Source of the DNA: Hyaloraphidium curvatum SAG 235-1
Taxonomy: Eukaryota > Fungi > Monoblepharomycota
Length of the DNA: 64,000 nucleotides
NCBI GenBank assembly: GCA_025558095.1
Contig: JAIVFI010000035.1
Coordinates: forward strand, 62,001 to 126,000
Direction of reading: 5' to 3'
Shown: piece by piece, positions 42,127-51,883 of the stretch
Numbering within the stretch: the first letter of the stretch is position 1
Layout of the letters: every line of letters starts with the position of its first letter
Position numbers and translations under genes: made by a program
The notes under the pieces: generated by a model
Databases searched by the model: none
What the model saw: the letters and a program-made list of their open reading frames with translations, nothing else
Told to the model about the DNA's origin: nothing

Positions 42127-43449
42127 TCAATCCAAGCCCTGCCACCGCCGCCGCCGCCCAAAGCCTCCTGGCACGTCTGCGACCCTTCCTAGTGTCTCAA
42201 ACAGCTTCAATAGGATTTCGCCGTAGAGAAAGTACCGTCGCCATTCCATCATCGCCGCTGGCTGGCGCGGCTCCTCCCAATCGTCGAATGACTTGGCAAA
42301 GTCGATGTTCGGTCGGAGCAAGGCGGCGAGGGCTTCTAGGTGCGGTGCAAGTGCTGCGGTGCCGTCCGTGCTCAGTCGGGCAAACTGGGCTTGGACAAGC
42401 GCAGGATGAGGAGCCCGTGGCGGCTGCGAGGGATGACTTGACAACATGAGGCGGAGATCTATCGGTGGCAGGGCATCGTGGGCTGCTTCCAAGAGATCCA
42501 TGAAGCTGTCCGCGTCGAAGGGGGTGTTTTCGTAGGCCGCGGCGACGAATCCGGTCATGCTGGTCTCGGCGGCGTCATGGGTTGGATTCTCCCATGCCGC
42601 CAGCTCCGCGACAAACTCTGGGCCGAGCCCACTTTCACGAATGACGCACCTCACGCGCCACCTGGTGGATGTGACGTGGCAGATCTCGTCACGGTAGTGA
42701 AAGCAGAGGTTCGCAAGCTGGGAAGACGAGCACCTGTCCAGGTCGAAACATCGAATGGATGGCGGGGCAATCAACTTTAGTACGTCCGGCAGCGGTAGCA
42801 GCGGCGGTGCTTGGTCGTCCTCGTCGTCTTCGCCCCATAGTGCAATCGGCCATTGCACAGTGCGTCCGCGGAAGGGGCGATGAGCGAGAAAGTCGAGAGA
42901 CAGCGAGGCACCGCGCTCAAGTGCGTCCCCGATGCGTTCAAACAGACTCGGGTCGCCCGTCTCGTACAGCATCAACAGATAATGGGTCGGGATGATGTCG
43001 GGAGCAGGCGCAGACAAAGTGTCGTTGAGAAGGGCCAACCACTCCGGTGCCCGCGACCGTGTTGCAGTGCAGATGGCGTCGGCTTTGCTGCCCGCGAAGG
43101 CGACGTCGACGAGTGTGTTGTGAGGCATCGCGGCGCGGACGTTCGGGCACGAAAGCACCAAGAAGGCAATGTCCCTGTTCAACCTGTCGCTGCGCCATCG
43201 GCCGCCATCAAAGCGGGGGAGGACCATCGGCGCGTCCGCAATGAGCCAGAAGAGAATGTGTCCCGCACCGGCTGTGCCGTGCCGTCCAATGAGGGCAGCG
43301 GCCCGGGCGCTTGGCGTGGAAAGTGCGGCCTGTAGACCGCGACAGGTACGCGACAGACGGCAAGCTTCCGCGACCCAGAGGTAGCTCGCAAGACGGGTGA
43401 GAATCTCATTTGGGAGCTCCGGAAGAGCCGCTGTGATTTGTTGAGGCAT
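42127..43449 (-). CDS. F-box protein, paralog 2
   Basis: LPELPNEILTRLASYL...RLSRTCRGL F-box. Shares RHG..GAG..LFWL, TH.LL.LY.TGDP.LFE and PPS.RCFD with paralog 1. Confidence 0.8.
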   Translation of the reverse strand: MPQQITAALPELPNEILTRLASYLWVAEACRLSRTCRGLQAALSTPSARAAALIGRHGTAGAGHILFWLIADAPMVLPRFDGGRWRSDRLNRDIAFLVLSCPNVRAAMPHNTLVDVAFAGSKADAICTATRSRAPEWLALLNDTLSAPAPDIIPTHYLLMLYETGDPSLFERIGDALERGASLSLDFLAHRPFRGRTVQWPIALWGEDDEDDQAPPLLPLPDVLKLIAPPSIRCFDLDRCSSSQLANLCFHYRDEICHVTSTRWRVRCVIRESGLGPEFVAELAAWENPTHDAAETSMTGFVAAAYENTPFDADSFMDLLEAAHDALPPIDLRLMLSSHPSQPPRAPHPALVQAQFARLSTDGTAALAPHLEALAALLRPNIDFAKSFDDWEEPRQPAAMMEWRRYFLYGEILLKLFETLGRVADVPGGFGRRRRWQGLD

Positions 43450-43778
43450 TGTGCGCTCGGAATTGCAGAGAGGTGGTGTTGCGGCGACTCACAGTTTGCA
43501 GCACTCATCTCACCCTCAGCACTCGCACCGGAAGAACTACACTGCTTTTCGACTTCTTGCCATATGACCACGGGACGTCTTCCTCCGGGATTTGTGATAC
43601 GGCAAAGCCGCACGTACCGTTTCACCGGAGGATCACGGGACGATCGCACTAAGGATCCATAATGATTACGGAGGCGTCATTTTCTGGCCGGCCGAACGCT
43701 TTAATCCATTTTATTGGTTCCTGTGCAGCGCACTTTTGTGAGTTCTTTATTCTCATCGCTCGCCTCATCGTGTCCAGG

Positions 43779-45254
43779 ATGACGGAAGCGATTCGTGGAG
43801 CAGACATCGATGTGGACGAGGTCCAGGAGTTTCCGATCAGGCTGGCAAAGCGCCCGTCGCAGCGTGACCGCAACCAGAAGAGCATCCGCTCGAAAGCGAG
43901 AGCCTGGGACCGGGTCGATGAATTGATTGCAGCCGGAAACAAGCGCTTTCCCGGTTTTGCGTCCCTGGACGGGCGGTTCCTGGAGTGGTTGAAAGCAAAT
44001 CCGAAAGCGAACGGTTCTGGGCACAGTCCCGTAACGCTTCTGCAGTATCACACCGTATCCGGAATCATTGGTCGTTTGATCGTAGGAAAGAAGCGCGGCA
44101 TCGCTTACGCAGAGACCTTCCTTCAACTCCCAGTGGACGATCCTTCCGTGCAAAACTTCCGGGTTTGGTTGAACCACTACACACCCGAACGCATCTGGAG
44201 GCTTGTCCAGAAACACACATCCAATTTCGCTTCCCAGAGCGCATTCGCAGTGGCTCTCCTGAAGCTGTTTACCTTTCATCGTGGCTCCTCCGATCACGCA
44301 GATGTGATGTTCTTCGCGGACAAAATCAAGGAGCTAGGGAAGATGACAGCTGTTGCAAAGCGATTGCAGCTGCCGCAGTTTGGCGCGGGGGACCTTCAAG
44401 TCGAATTTCGCACAATTCGAGACAAGGTACGGAGCTACGCGGAAAACATCCTCGCGCGTTTTGAAGCAGCACCACCTGACGTGCTTCAGAGAGGACTCCC
44501 CGAAATCCAGGCAGCTGCCATCACATCGCTTTACGTCCTGCACCCGCCTTCGCGTGCAGACTACGCATACCTTCGATTCACTCCCTCGAAAACCCACAAC
44601 TACTTTGATGGTGGGGAGAACAGTCTTGTGTTTGTTAGTTTCAAAACGGCCGCTACGTACGGCGTTGTGAGCGTCAAGATTGAGAATCCGATCGTGAGTC
44701 GACTTTTGCACTTGCTCGCTGACAAGATCCGATCGCAGAATGGGGATCGCTACGTGTTCATGTCGCGACCCGGTAAGGCTTTTTCGACTGAGGCCGGGTT
44801 TGGACAACACGTCGGCTACTGTTTCCGGCGTGTAACCGGCACGGCGCTTCGTCCTACCGCACTCCGGCGTCTCTATTTGAGCGATCACGCGAACGGCACC
44901 GTTGATCAGAACGGGGAACACCGAGTGCCTTCCATGGAGGAAAACACGTCGCTTGCACGCAACATGATGCACAGCGTTTCCATGCAGGCATCCTACCGCC
45001 GAATGCCCACTCTGGATCACATTCGGTCTACGATTCCTACCAACGACCCTGCCGTGCCCCGTGACGTTGCTTCGGCTGCAATCGAAGCTGTTGGTCGGAT
45101 GCAAGCCGTGCAAGCTGACGGGTCAAGGGAGCAGCGCCTGGCGTGGGAAAAGGCCAAGCGCGACCTGGTGCGAAAGGCCGTTGAGATTGATGAGGCGCGC
45201 GAAGCAGCTGCCAAGAGGCATCGCGAGAGACTCCAGAGGCGGTTGTCACAGTAG
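43779..45254 (+). CDS. Tyrosine recombinase/integrase of the virophage/PLV/NCLDV type
   Basis: LYVLHPPSRADY (R), FKTAATYG (K), ALRRLYLS (xxxR) and LARNMMHSVSMQASY (H, Y). N-terminal helical core-binding-like domain. Confidence 0.85.
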   Translation: MTEAIRGADIDVDEVQEFPIRLAKRPSQRDRNQKSIRSKARAWDRVDELIAAGNKRFPGFASLDGRFLEWLKANPKANGSGHSPVTLLQYHTVSGIIGRLIVGKKRGIAYAETFLQLPVDDPSVQNFRVWLNHYTPERIWRLVQKHTSNFASQSAFAVALLKLFTFHRGSSDHADVMFFADKIKELGKMTAVAKRLQLPQFGAGDLQVEFRTIRDKVRSYAENILARFEAAPPDVLQRGLPEIQAAAITSLYVLHPPSRADYAYLRFTPSKTHNYFDGGENSLVFVSFKTAATYGVVSVKIENPIVSRLLHLLADKIRSQNGDRYVFMSRPGKAFSTEAGFGQHVGYCFRRVTGTALRPTALRRLYLSDHANGTVDQNGEHRVPSMEENTSLARNMMHSVSMQASYRRMPTLDHIRSTIPTNDPAVPRDVASAAIEAVGRMQAVQADGSREQRLAWEKAKRDLVRKAVEIDEAREAAAKRHRERLQRRLSQ

Positions 45255-45728
45255 TCTCTCCGCAGAATAGATCTCCGTGAGTTCAGGATCTTCCATCATG
45301 TCACGCGCAACGACACGCAACACCGTCAGCAACCCGCGTCGCCAACTCAGTTTCCATTTGTTGGCTGGCGACGTGAGAATGTGCAAGACGGTTTCGTGAT
45401 CCTTGATCCAATCAAATGTGCGAGGAATCTCCGTCCACTGCAGAGTCGAAGCCACCCGCATCAGTCGTTTCCACGTCTTGCGCTCGGCGAGGTCCCCCGT
45501 GACGTCGCGCGACGCACGGTGGAGCCGACAGAGCAGCATCAACCTCCGACGGTAAGTCAGTTCCGTTGAATTCGACCAGACAAACTCTTTTGCTCCTGCG
45601 GCGGCAAGCAAAGTGATCGGGTGTCCCGCAATTGCCGCCTTGTCATCAGCAGTTTGTGCTGGACGGCCGAAACGTGTCGCTTGCGGTTCGACGGCTGCCA
45701 TGGATTGTGCTGCGATCTTGACGTCCAT
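45246..45728 (-). CDS. Small helical protein, family X copy 1
   Basis: WSNSTELTYRRRL..L...EIPRTFDWIKD..V..IL...L.V.A....DP.L..Y. Confidence 0.7.
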   Translation of the reverse strand: MDVKIAAQSMAAVEPQATRFGRPAQTADDKAAIAGHPITLLAAAGAKEFVWSNSTELTYRRRLMLLCRLHRASRDVTGDLAERKTWKRLMRVASTLQWTEIPRTFDWIKDHETVLHILTSPANKWKLSWRRGLLTVLRVVARDMMEDPELTEIYSAERLL

Positions 45729-45767
45729 CGGAGGATGTATTTCTGGCCCGGTAGACGGCATCAGGCG

Positions 45768-46226
45768 ATGGGTTACACCAAAGACGATTCGCTGTCGCGT
45801 GCCATCGCTAAGGCAGCAGAACAGGCCGGTTGGAGTCCTTCGTCGACCGATCTCAATCGAAAGGCCATTCTCCGTGTTGCGGCGCTCTACACCGCAACTC
45901 GCACCCTGAGAGAGGAAGGCAAGCGGGACCCCGATTGGATTCTGATTGATCGCAAGGCCCGCCGGCTCCGCGGCCCGTTCTCGACTTCCGTGCTCAGGAA
46001 ACCGCGCTTCTTCAAATGGCTGTCGAAGCGAGCACCGTGGACCGCTCCAAGGATCAGGAACGTAAGATGGGCACTGATGGCAGCCGCCTACGCCGCCTTT
46101 GGCGTGGGTGCAGACGAGGCGTTTGCCCGACGGGTGGCGGCGATCCGAAGGATTGAAAAGGTGGTCTTGACGAGTGGGAGGCGCGGGTTGACGCTGGTTC
46201 AACAGGGGGAAGAAGAGGAGGTTTGA
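45768..46226 (+). CDS. Small helical protein, family X copy 2 (most divergent)
   Basis: AIAKAAEQAGWSPSSTD....LRVAALY.A.R.LR....W.LID..ARRL. Confidence 0.65.
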   Translation: MGYTKDDSLSRAIAKAAEQAGWSPSSTDLNRKAILRVAALYTATRTLREEGKRDPDWILIDRKARRLRGPFSTSVLRKPRFFKWLSKRAPWTAPRIRNVRWALMAAAYAAFGVGADEAFARRVAAIRRIEKVVLTSGRRGLTLVQQGEEEEV

Positions 46227-46636
46227 GGCGTTGATTGGCGCCTTTGGCGGAACGCCGAATCGGTGTATTGCAGGGCTAGATGCGGATCGTCCAAAAAGAC
46301 GTCTGCGATGAGGCGAAGAACCTTGAAGAGGTTGGCTCTCCACCGGATTCTGTGCGGATCGTCGTCAGCACTCAGAATGTGGTCCAGAACATGCACGTCA
46401 CGGATCCATTGGAAGCTGGACGGGAGCTCATTCACGGGGATCATGCGGGCAAGGGCGTCGATGTCGTCAAACATCGGCGTTGAAGCGTTGCGTTGTCGGA
46501 GGGCCTGGAAGGCCGCGTACAGCTTGGCGAGGCGGAGAGTCTGGTTCTTCGTGTTGCGGTGCGTGGCCGCACTCCAGCGCAGCTCACGGGCTGCGCGATC
46601 AAGCGCCGTGTTGTAGAAGTGCGTCGCCGCGGTCAT
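46199..46636 (-). CDS. Small helical protein, family X copy 3
   Basis: RAARELRWSAAT....LRLAKLY.A...LR...IDALAR..P..ELPSSFQWIRD. Confidence 0.7.
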   Translation of the reverse strand: MTAATHFYNTALDRAARELRWSAATHRNTKNQTLRLAKLYAAFQALRQRNASTPMFDDIDALARMIPVNELPSSFQWIRDVHVLDHILSADDDPHRIRWRANLFKVLRLIADVFLDDPHLALQYTDSAFRQRRQSTPQTSSSSPC

Positions 46637-46684
46637 CGATGAGGGTTTGAACGGCAAAAACGTCTTCCTAGATCTGCCGATTCG

Positions 46685-47167
46685 TCAACCGAGGGAGTCC
46701 GGTTGGTCTGCGAAGCCCCCGATGGCAATCTGCGAGGGCTTTGCCGGAAGTGCCTGCTCTTGCTTGAGGTTCCGGGCGCTGTACTTGGATGCGAGGATCC
46801 GGTCGCCGAGGAAGAGTTCCGCAGCCATCTTCAGGGCAGAGATCGACCCGCGTTTGTACGACGGCGATCCCCCAAGCCGAGCGACGATGCCTTGAACGAC
46901 TCTCCGATCCCTCAGCCACGCAAAACTCTTGGGCAGTTCGCTTCTGGGCAGCCTTCGTGAGATGTCGTCAATCAACTCCCACGATTCGTCGTCGAGTTTG
47001 TCGGGTTCCACGGTGTCCAATCGATTCCGCAGCTTGCGAAGAGCACAGAACAGGGCTGCAATTCGCCTCAGCCTGTGCGAATAGGAGTCGGCCGACGATT
47101 TCGTCCATTGCGCCGCTTTGGCGGCTTTGCCAATGCTCTTGGCGATGAGATCCGGTTCCTTCGGCAT
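46685..47167 (-). CDS. Small helical protein, family X copy 4
   Basis: SIGKAAKAAQWTKSSADSY..RL.RIAALF...W.LIDDISRRLP..ELPKSFAWLRD. Confidence 0.7.
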   Translation of the reverse strand: MPKEPDLIAKSIGKAAKAAQWTKSSADSYSHRLRRIAALFCALRKLRNRLDTVEPDKLDDESWELIDDISRRLPRSELPKSFAWLRDRRVVQGIVARLGGSPSYKRGSISALKMAAELFLGDRILASKYSARNLKQEQALPAKPSQIAIGGFADQPDSLG

Positions 47168-47206
47168 TTTGGCTTGGCCCCGGTGACAGCGAACGGGCGA
47201 AAAAGA

Positions 47207-47605
47207 TCAACCCCACCAAAACTTCCAGAGGCATCCTCGCTTGCGGCGGACGACATGTGCTGTATCGTCGGCGGGTTCCGTATCCAGCGCCTCCAGCCGT
47301 TGTAGCTGCCGATCGATGTCTGCGAGCATTCGCGTCGTCTCCCTGTCCAAATCCTCAGCCAGTCGCAATTTGCGCCTTGCCGCATCCTCCAGCACGCGTG
47401 CGCGTTCGATCCTCAGCTCCTCGACTTCGGCGGCGGGGTTTGCGAACTCCGATGGGGGTTCAATGTTGAAGCACGATCGGAACGACGCCAGCACCGCCTC
47501 GTCGATCGGGGTCGGTGAAATCAGGCGGGTTGCCGTTCTGCGGCTCTCGTCAACAACGCGTCGGTAGATGCAGATCGGCTGGAACTCACGGAACAGTGCT
47601 GCCAT
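47207..47605 (-). CDS. Hypothetical coiled-coil protein
   Basis: ATG ORF with a charged heptad stretch. Confidence 0.5.
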   Translation of the reverse strand: MAALFREFQPICIYRRVVDESRRTATRLISPTPIDEAVLASFRSCFNIEPPSEFANPAAEVEELRIERARVLEDAARRKLRLAEDLDRETTRMLADIDRQLQRLEALDTEPADDTAHVVRRKRGCLWKFWWG

Positions 47606-47621
47606 GCGTCTGGCGAGGTCC

Positions 47622-47939
47622 TCAGTGTCGTTGGGGTGCTGCGCCGAGGAACTGTGCCAGCTTTGATCTTTTCAACCCCTCCCTCGGGTACGGCGCGGCG
47701 GAGGACAGAAGCCCATGGAGCTTTGCCCATCCCAGCAAGACCCTTTCCGCATCCAGAGCCTGTGCGCGATCGACAAAGGCTGCTCTGACAATGTGCTTCA
47801 TCTGACGTTGTGCGTAATCACGCGTCGGATCTGTGCTATATCCGACCTTTGCGAGATTCGGATTCGTTGCGTGCACTGCCAAGTACACGTAGCAGAGGCT
47901 GTCGATCCGGAAACAGGCGCCCGCGGGGATGTCGGACAT
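47622..47939 (-). CDS. GIY-YIG / T5orf172-like nuclease-domain protein
   Basis: YVYLA......LAKVGYSTDP.R....A..AE..L pattern. Confidence 0.65.
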   Translation of the reverse strand: MSDIPAGACFRIDSLCYVYLAVHATNPNLAKVGYSTDPTRDYAQRQMKHIVRAAFVDRAQALDAERVLLGWAKLHGLLSSAAPYPREGLKRSKLAQFLGAAPQRH

Positions 47940-48059
47940 GATTCGCCGTTTTTTCGCTGTTTGGGCTTAAGATGCTCAGGTGGCTTCCCTGGTCCTCGAA
48001 ACGTCTTCCCGCCGCTGTCGAAAACCTCCGGAAAAGGGGAGACCCGGTAGGACGACGGC

Positions 48060-48842
48060 ATGCTGCAGCTTCCGGAGCTTGATACCACAGGGATCGCGGC
48101 GATTGCAAAGGAGATCCCCTACGGCGTGTGGTTCATTTGCGGCAAACGCGGATCGGGCAAATCGGTCCTCGCCAAGTGGATTATGAGCGCACTTGCCGAG
48201 CGCTTCGGGCTCTTTGTTGCCGTTTCGTCCACGGAGGGGTTCAATCGCCACTATTCGAGCTTTCTGCCCAAGGCCTTCTGCCATTACGCATACAGCCCCG
48301 AAGCGCTTGCACGGATCGTCGATGCCCAGAGCCGCCGCGTGAAAGAGTTGGGCGTCTCCAAGGAAACCAGCCTTCTTCTGGTGCTTGATGACGTTTTGCA
48401 AGACGGTCAAGAGCTCTTCAAAGACAAGAATCTGAAGCACATCTTCATGAACGGCCGACACATTGGAATCTGTCTTCTCCTGCTTGTGCAATACATTGTC
48501 GCCGTGCCGTTGGCTCTCCGCAGCAACGTCGACATCACAATCAGCTTCGCAGACGACACATACGACGTAAGACAGCGTCTTTGGAAACTGGCCGGTGGAA
48601 GTCTGAAGTACCCTCAATTCTGCGAGTTCTTCAACCGCGCTACGGAAGGTAGAAGGGCGCTCGTCATTGTCGCGCGTGCAACAAAACAGGGAAAGATGTT
48701 TTGGGTGCTTGCCAAAGACGCCCCAAGTCTCCGCCTCGGCAGTGACTTGATGTGGTCCTTTCAGCGCCGCTGGGGCATTGACCGTCTGCCCAGGGCGGAG
48801 CAGGCTCTGTACCGCTCCAGATTCGTCGCAGTGAGCAAGTAG
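48060..48842 (+). CDS. A32-like (FtsK/HerA superfamily) viral genome-packaging ATPase
   Basis: Walker A GKRGSGKS, Walker B LLVLDD, IFMNGRHIGI.LLLLVQY and P..LRSNVD. Confidence 0.92.
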   Translation: MLQLPELDTTGIAAIAKEIPYGVWFICGKRGSGKSVLAKWIMSALAERFGLFVAVSSTEGFNRHYSSFLPKAFCHYAYSPEALARIVDAQSRRVKELGVSKETSLLLVLDDVLQDGQELFKDKNLKHIFMNGRHIGICLLLLVQYIVAVPLALRSNVDITISFADDTYDVRQRLWKLAGGSLKYPQFCEFFNRATEGRRALVIVARATKQGKMFWVLAKDAPSLRLGSDLMWSFQRRWGIDRLPRAEQALYRSRFVAVSK

Positions 48843-48953
48843 AGGATCCACGTCGCCGGTTCACCATCCTGCTCATTCGGTCCGTCCACGCTCCGCAGGC
48901 ACCGATGACGGGCGCTTCATTCGGCCTTGCCATTTTTCCACGGCGGTCGCAGC

Positions 48954-49853
48954 ATGACGACGTCCCTTGCAGAGCAGGCCGCGCTTTCCGCGGCTTTGTT
49001 TAGCCGTCGCGACGAGGAAATCGTCGCGCTGGAGCTCTCTGCGATCCGCACGGCGGTCTCCTTCATGTCGCGATTCGGTCACTCACACACGCTGCACCAG
49101 ATCGCGTCCTTCACACCGGGTCATTCGACGTACAGCATCCACACCGTCACCGACAAGGTCCTTGCGGCTCTCAACGCCGAGGGATTCGCCGCCGTGCCCC
49201 TACCATCCCACAGGCCCGGCGCCATCGTCGTCGCCTGGGGCGACGCCGGCGATCGTCTGTCAGCGGCTCAAATGGCAATGCGGCGCGCGGAAAGGCGAGC
49301 GGAACGGCATGCAAAAGCACGGGCAGACGCAGGCAAGGCGCACAGGGCCGAGTCGCCGCAGCTGGCCGAGTCGCGGCGAGAGACGGCAAATGGGAAGCGA
49401 CGGGAGTGGTCGCGAAGCTCAGGTCGGAAGCGAAAGCGGGACCGGGCGGACTGCGGGAGAAGCGACAGCGAGGCGACAGCCGTGGCGTCGACGGTCGGCA
49501 GCAGGAGCAGCTTGGCGTCGGCGGCTACAGCGGCCACAGTAGCAGCAGGGGCGGTAGCTCCGGCGGTGCCGACGGTGGCGCCGGCAGCGGTCGGCGTCCG
49601 CCGGCGATTGTACGTGCCCGCGGAGAGCGTCGCGCGGGTTGCTGAGAGCGCCGGCAACCACCCTCCGCAGCGGACCGCCGCCCCCGCACGGGATCCCGTC
49701 GCGACGCTGATTACGCGGCCGACAGCCGTCATTCCACGGCGACGGGAGGAGCCGAGGATCCTTCTTCCGACCCCGACGCCCCAGGAGCTGGCGTTGTTTT
49801 CCTTTTGCGACCATGCACAGGTCACACTCCCGCCCGGAATTCCGACCAGCTAG
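48954..49853 (+). CDS. Hypothetical protein (globular N-terminus, basic/low-complexity C-terminus)
   Basis: ATG ORF co-oriented with the A32 gene. Confidence 0.55.
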   Translation: MTTSLAEQAALSAALFSRRDEEIVALELSAIRTAVSFMSRFGHSHTLHQIASFTPGHSTYSIHTVTDKVLAALNAEGFAAVPLPSHRPGAIVVAWGDAGDRLSAAQMAMRRAERRAERHAKARADAGKAHRAESPQLAESRRETANGKRREWSRSSGRKRKRDRADCGRSDSEATAVASTVGSRSSLASAATAATVAAGAVAPAVPTVAPAAVGVRRRLYVPAESVARVAESAGNHPPQRTAAPARDPVATLITRPTAVIPRRREEPRILLPTPTPQELALFSFCDHAQVTLPPGIPTS

Positions 49854-49862
49854 TGCGAGCAA

Positions 49863-50450
49863 ATGCCCTCCGCTTGCGCCGTCTCCAAGGCCAGTTCCGA
49901 TGCACTGGGCATGTTTGGAGGCGTGGACAACGCCGGCGAGCTCACGGACGACGTTCTGCGGCACCTGCTTGTCGCGTGGCGCGCAAGCGGGCAGGGCGGT
50001 GACGATGTCTACTGGGATCTCGCCATCGGAGCGCTGTGTCTGGCCGACGGACGCGGGGATGACCAGGCTGCCGCATTCTGGACGCAGATCGGCGCGATGG
50101 CCGCTCCCGGCGGCATTGGGAAGGGGGAGACGGCGGAGGCGGCGTTGGACCGCGGAGTGGGAAGCGTACAACTGCTCCAAGCGGTCGCTGCCGGGGACTT
50201 GGTGCGGCTCCGGCAGTGGCTCTCTGCCGGCTGGAAGCCGAGCTTTGTCGGATGTGCGGCCGGGTCGATCCGTGGTCGGGACGCGATGGACGTCGTGGAG
50301 CTCCTGCGCGCGCTTCGCACGCACGGGGTGCAGCTGCCCCCCGCAGACAAGTTGGACTGGGACAGCCTCCAAGCCGGAGACAAGGACGAGGCGATTTTGG
50401 TGGCCGGCATGTATCGGGAAGATGCGATTGCACTACAGTCTCTGCTGTGA
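49863..50450 (+). CDS. Hypothetical helical protein
   Basis: ATG ORF of 195 aa starting 9 bp after the upstream stop. Confidence 0.55.
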   Translation: MPSACAVSKASSDALGMFGGVDNAGELTDDVLRHLLVAWRASGQGGDDVYWDLAIGALCLADGRGDDQAAAFWTQIGAMAAPGGIGKGETAEAALDRGVGSVQLLQAVAAGDLVRLRQWLSAGWKPSFVGCAAGSIRGRDAMDVVELLRALRTHGVQLPPADKLDWDSLQAGDKDEAILVAGMYREDAIALQSLL

Positions 50451-50462
50451 GCTGACACTAGA

Positions 50463-51320
50463 CTAAAAGCCGCCGAACGCGTCCTTGAACCTGAGCCTCG
50501 CAGCGGCGTTGTCCGGCAGGGCGATGAAGCGGGCCCAGACGCGTGCGGGGGTGTCTTTCATGGAGAGGCGCACGGCTGCGTTGCGCTGGAAGGCGGCCGT
50601 AGCCGAGGTGTAGCGGAAGTCTTCGCCAGAGACGATCGCAGAGATGGTGAGCTTGAGGTAGCGCGCTTCCGGCGGTAGGTTGGAACGGTGCTCGAACGCC
50701 GAGTTGAGGAGCTCCAGGAAGGCTTGATCGAGGTCCTCGTACACGCCGAGTGCGGCGCCGACCGGGGGAGATTGCTTGACATCCGTTGCGACGAGCACGT
50801 AGGCGATGGTGGGCTTGACGGAGGCTTCCGTCGGCGCCTCCGATCCGGCCGTGTCGTCCTCCTCGTCAAAGACGACAGAGGCTTCGTCGTCAGCAAACAC
50901 GCGGTCCTGGATGCTGACCCTGGGTGTCAGCGACTGGATCTTTTGGGTCGGGACGATGCGGGGGAACGGGCTTGTGCGACCGCGCGACGACGACTTGGGC
51001 GGGGTTGCGCGCGGAGTCGACGGCTGAGGAGCTTCCGGCGCTTCCTCCTCCTCAACAGAGCCGTCCTCCGATTCGTCCTCCGCATCGTCGGCCGTCGTGA
51101 CTGTTTGGGAGAGCGGCGACGGGCCTTTGACGGGAGCCCTGCGTTTGATCGAAACACGCACCGGGTCGGAGGAAGAGGCCGACGAGGCTGCCGAAGCAGT
51201 GGAAGCAGTGGAAGCCGTGGTTGCGGACGACATCGAAGAGACCACGCTGGAGGTGTCGTCGTCGTCGTCCTCCACCTGCTTGCGCTTGTTGTTAACACGG
51301 GGGTTTGTGCGGGGCGGCAT
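50463..51320 (-). CDS. Hypothetical protein (Ser/acidic disordered N-terminus, globular C-terminus)
   Basis: ATG ORF of 285 aa. Confidence 0.6.
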   Translation of the reverse strand: MPPRTNPRVNNKRKQVEDDDDDTSSVVSSMSSATTASTASTASAASSASSSDPVRVSIKRRAPVKGPSPLSQTVTTADDAEDESEDGSVEEEEAPEAPQPSTPRATPPKSSSRGRTSPFPRIVPTQKIQSLTPRVSIQDRVFADDEASVVFDEEDDTAGSEAPTEASVKPTIAYVLVATDVKQSPPVGAALGVYEDLDQAFLELLNSAFEHRSNLPPEARYLKLTISAIVSGEDFRYTSATAAFQRNAAVRLSMKDTPARVWARFIALPDNAAARLRFKDAFGGF

Positions 51321-51399
51321 GTCGGTCTGTCTGGATCAACTTGGATCAGGTTAGAGCCAGTCTGGAGAAAAAAAGCACCGGCCATTCGTCGATCTTGCG

Positions 51400-51807
51400 T
51401 CATTGCCCTCTGGTGAACGGAGCCCACAATGGCGGCGCCAACTCGCGGGGCGGGAGGTTCGGAGGCACGTCCATGCCAGTGGGCGGTGGCGGCATGGTGA
51501 ACAGCGGGAGGACGTCTCTTGCGCCCTCTGCGACGGGCACGGCGGGCGGCTGGCGGGCCTCGCCGTCGGAGGCGTCCGATCCACAGCCACAGCGAGTCCG
51601 GCAGGGGCAATCGCCGCAACAGCCGCGTCGTTCGGCCCCTCCGGAGGTCGGGCGCTTCTCGGCGTCGTCGGCGTCCTTGATGATGTAAACTTGCGAGTCC
51701 GGGCGGGACCGCAGGAACTGCTGCTCACGTTGCAAGCGCAGCGACGTCAGCAGCATCAGAGCGACCATGGCGATCAACCCCAAGACGAGCGCTCTCTTCT
51801 GGTCCAT
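51400..51807 (-). CDS. Small membrane protein with N-terminal TM and Cys cluster
   Basis: MDQKRALVLGLIAMVALMLL..GCCGDCPCRTRCGC with a Pro-rich tail; AAAATG start. Confidence 0.6.
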   Translation of the reverse strand: MDQKRALVLGLIAMVALMLLTSLRLQREQQFLRSRPDSQVYIIKDADDAEKRPTSGGAERRGCCGDCPCRTRCGCGSDASDGEARQPPAVPVAEGARDVLPLFTMPPPPTGMDVPPNLPPRELAPPLWAPFTRGQ

Positions 51808-51883
51808 TTTGCGATGATGCGGTCGATCCTCAGAAAAAGCACTGTCGAAGCCGACCCGGGCCACTTCATGAGTCGGCTTTTGC

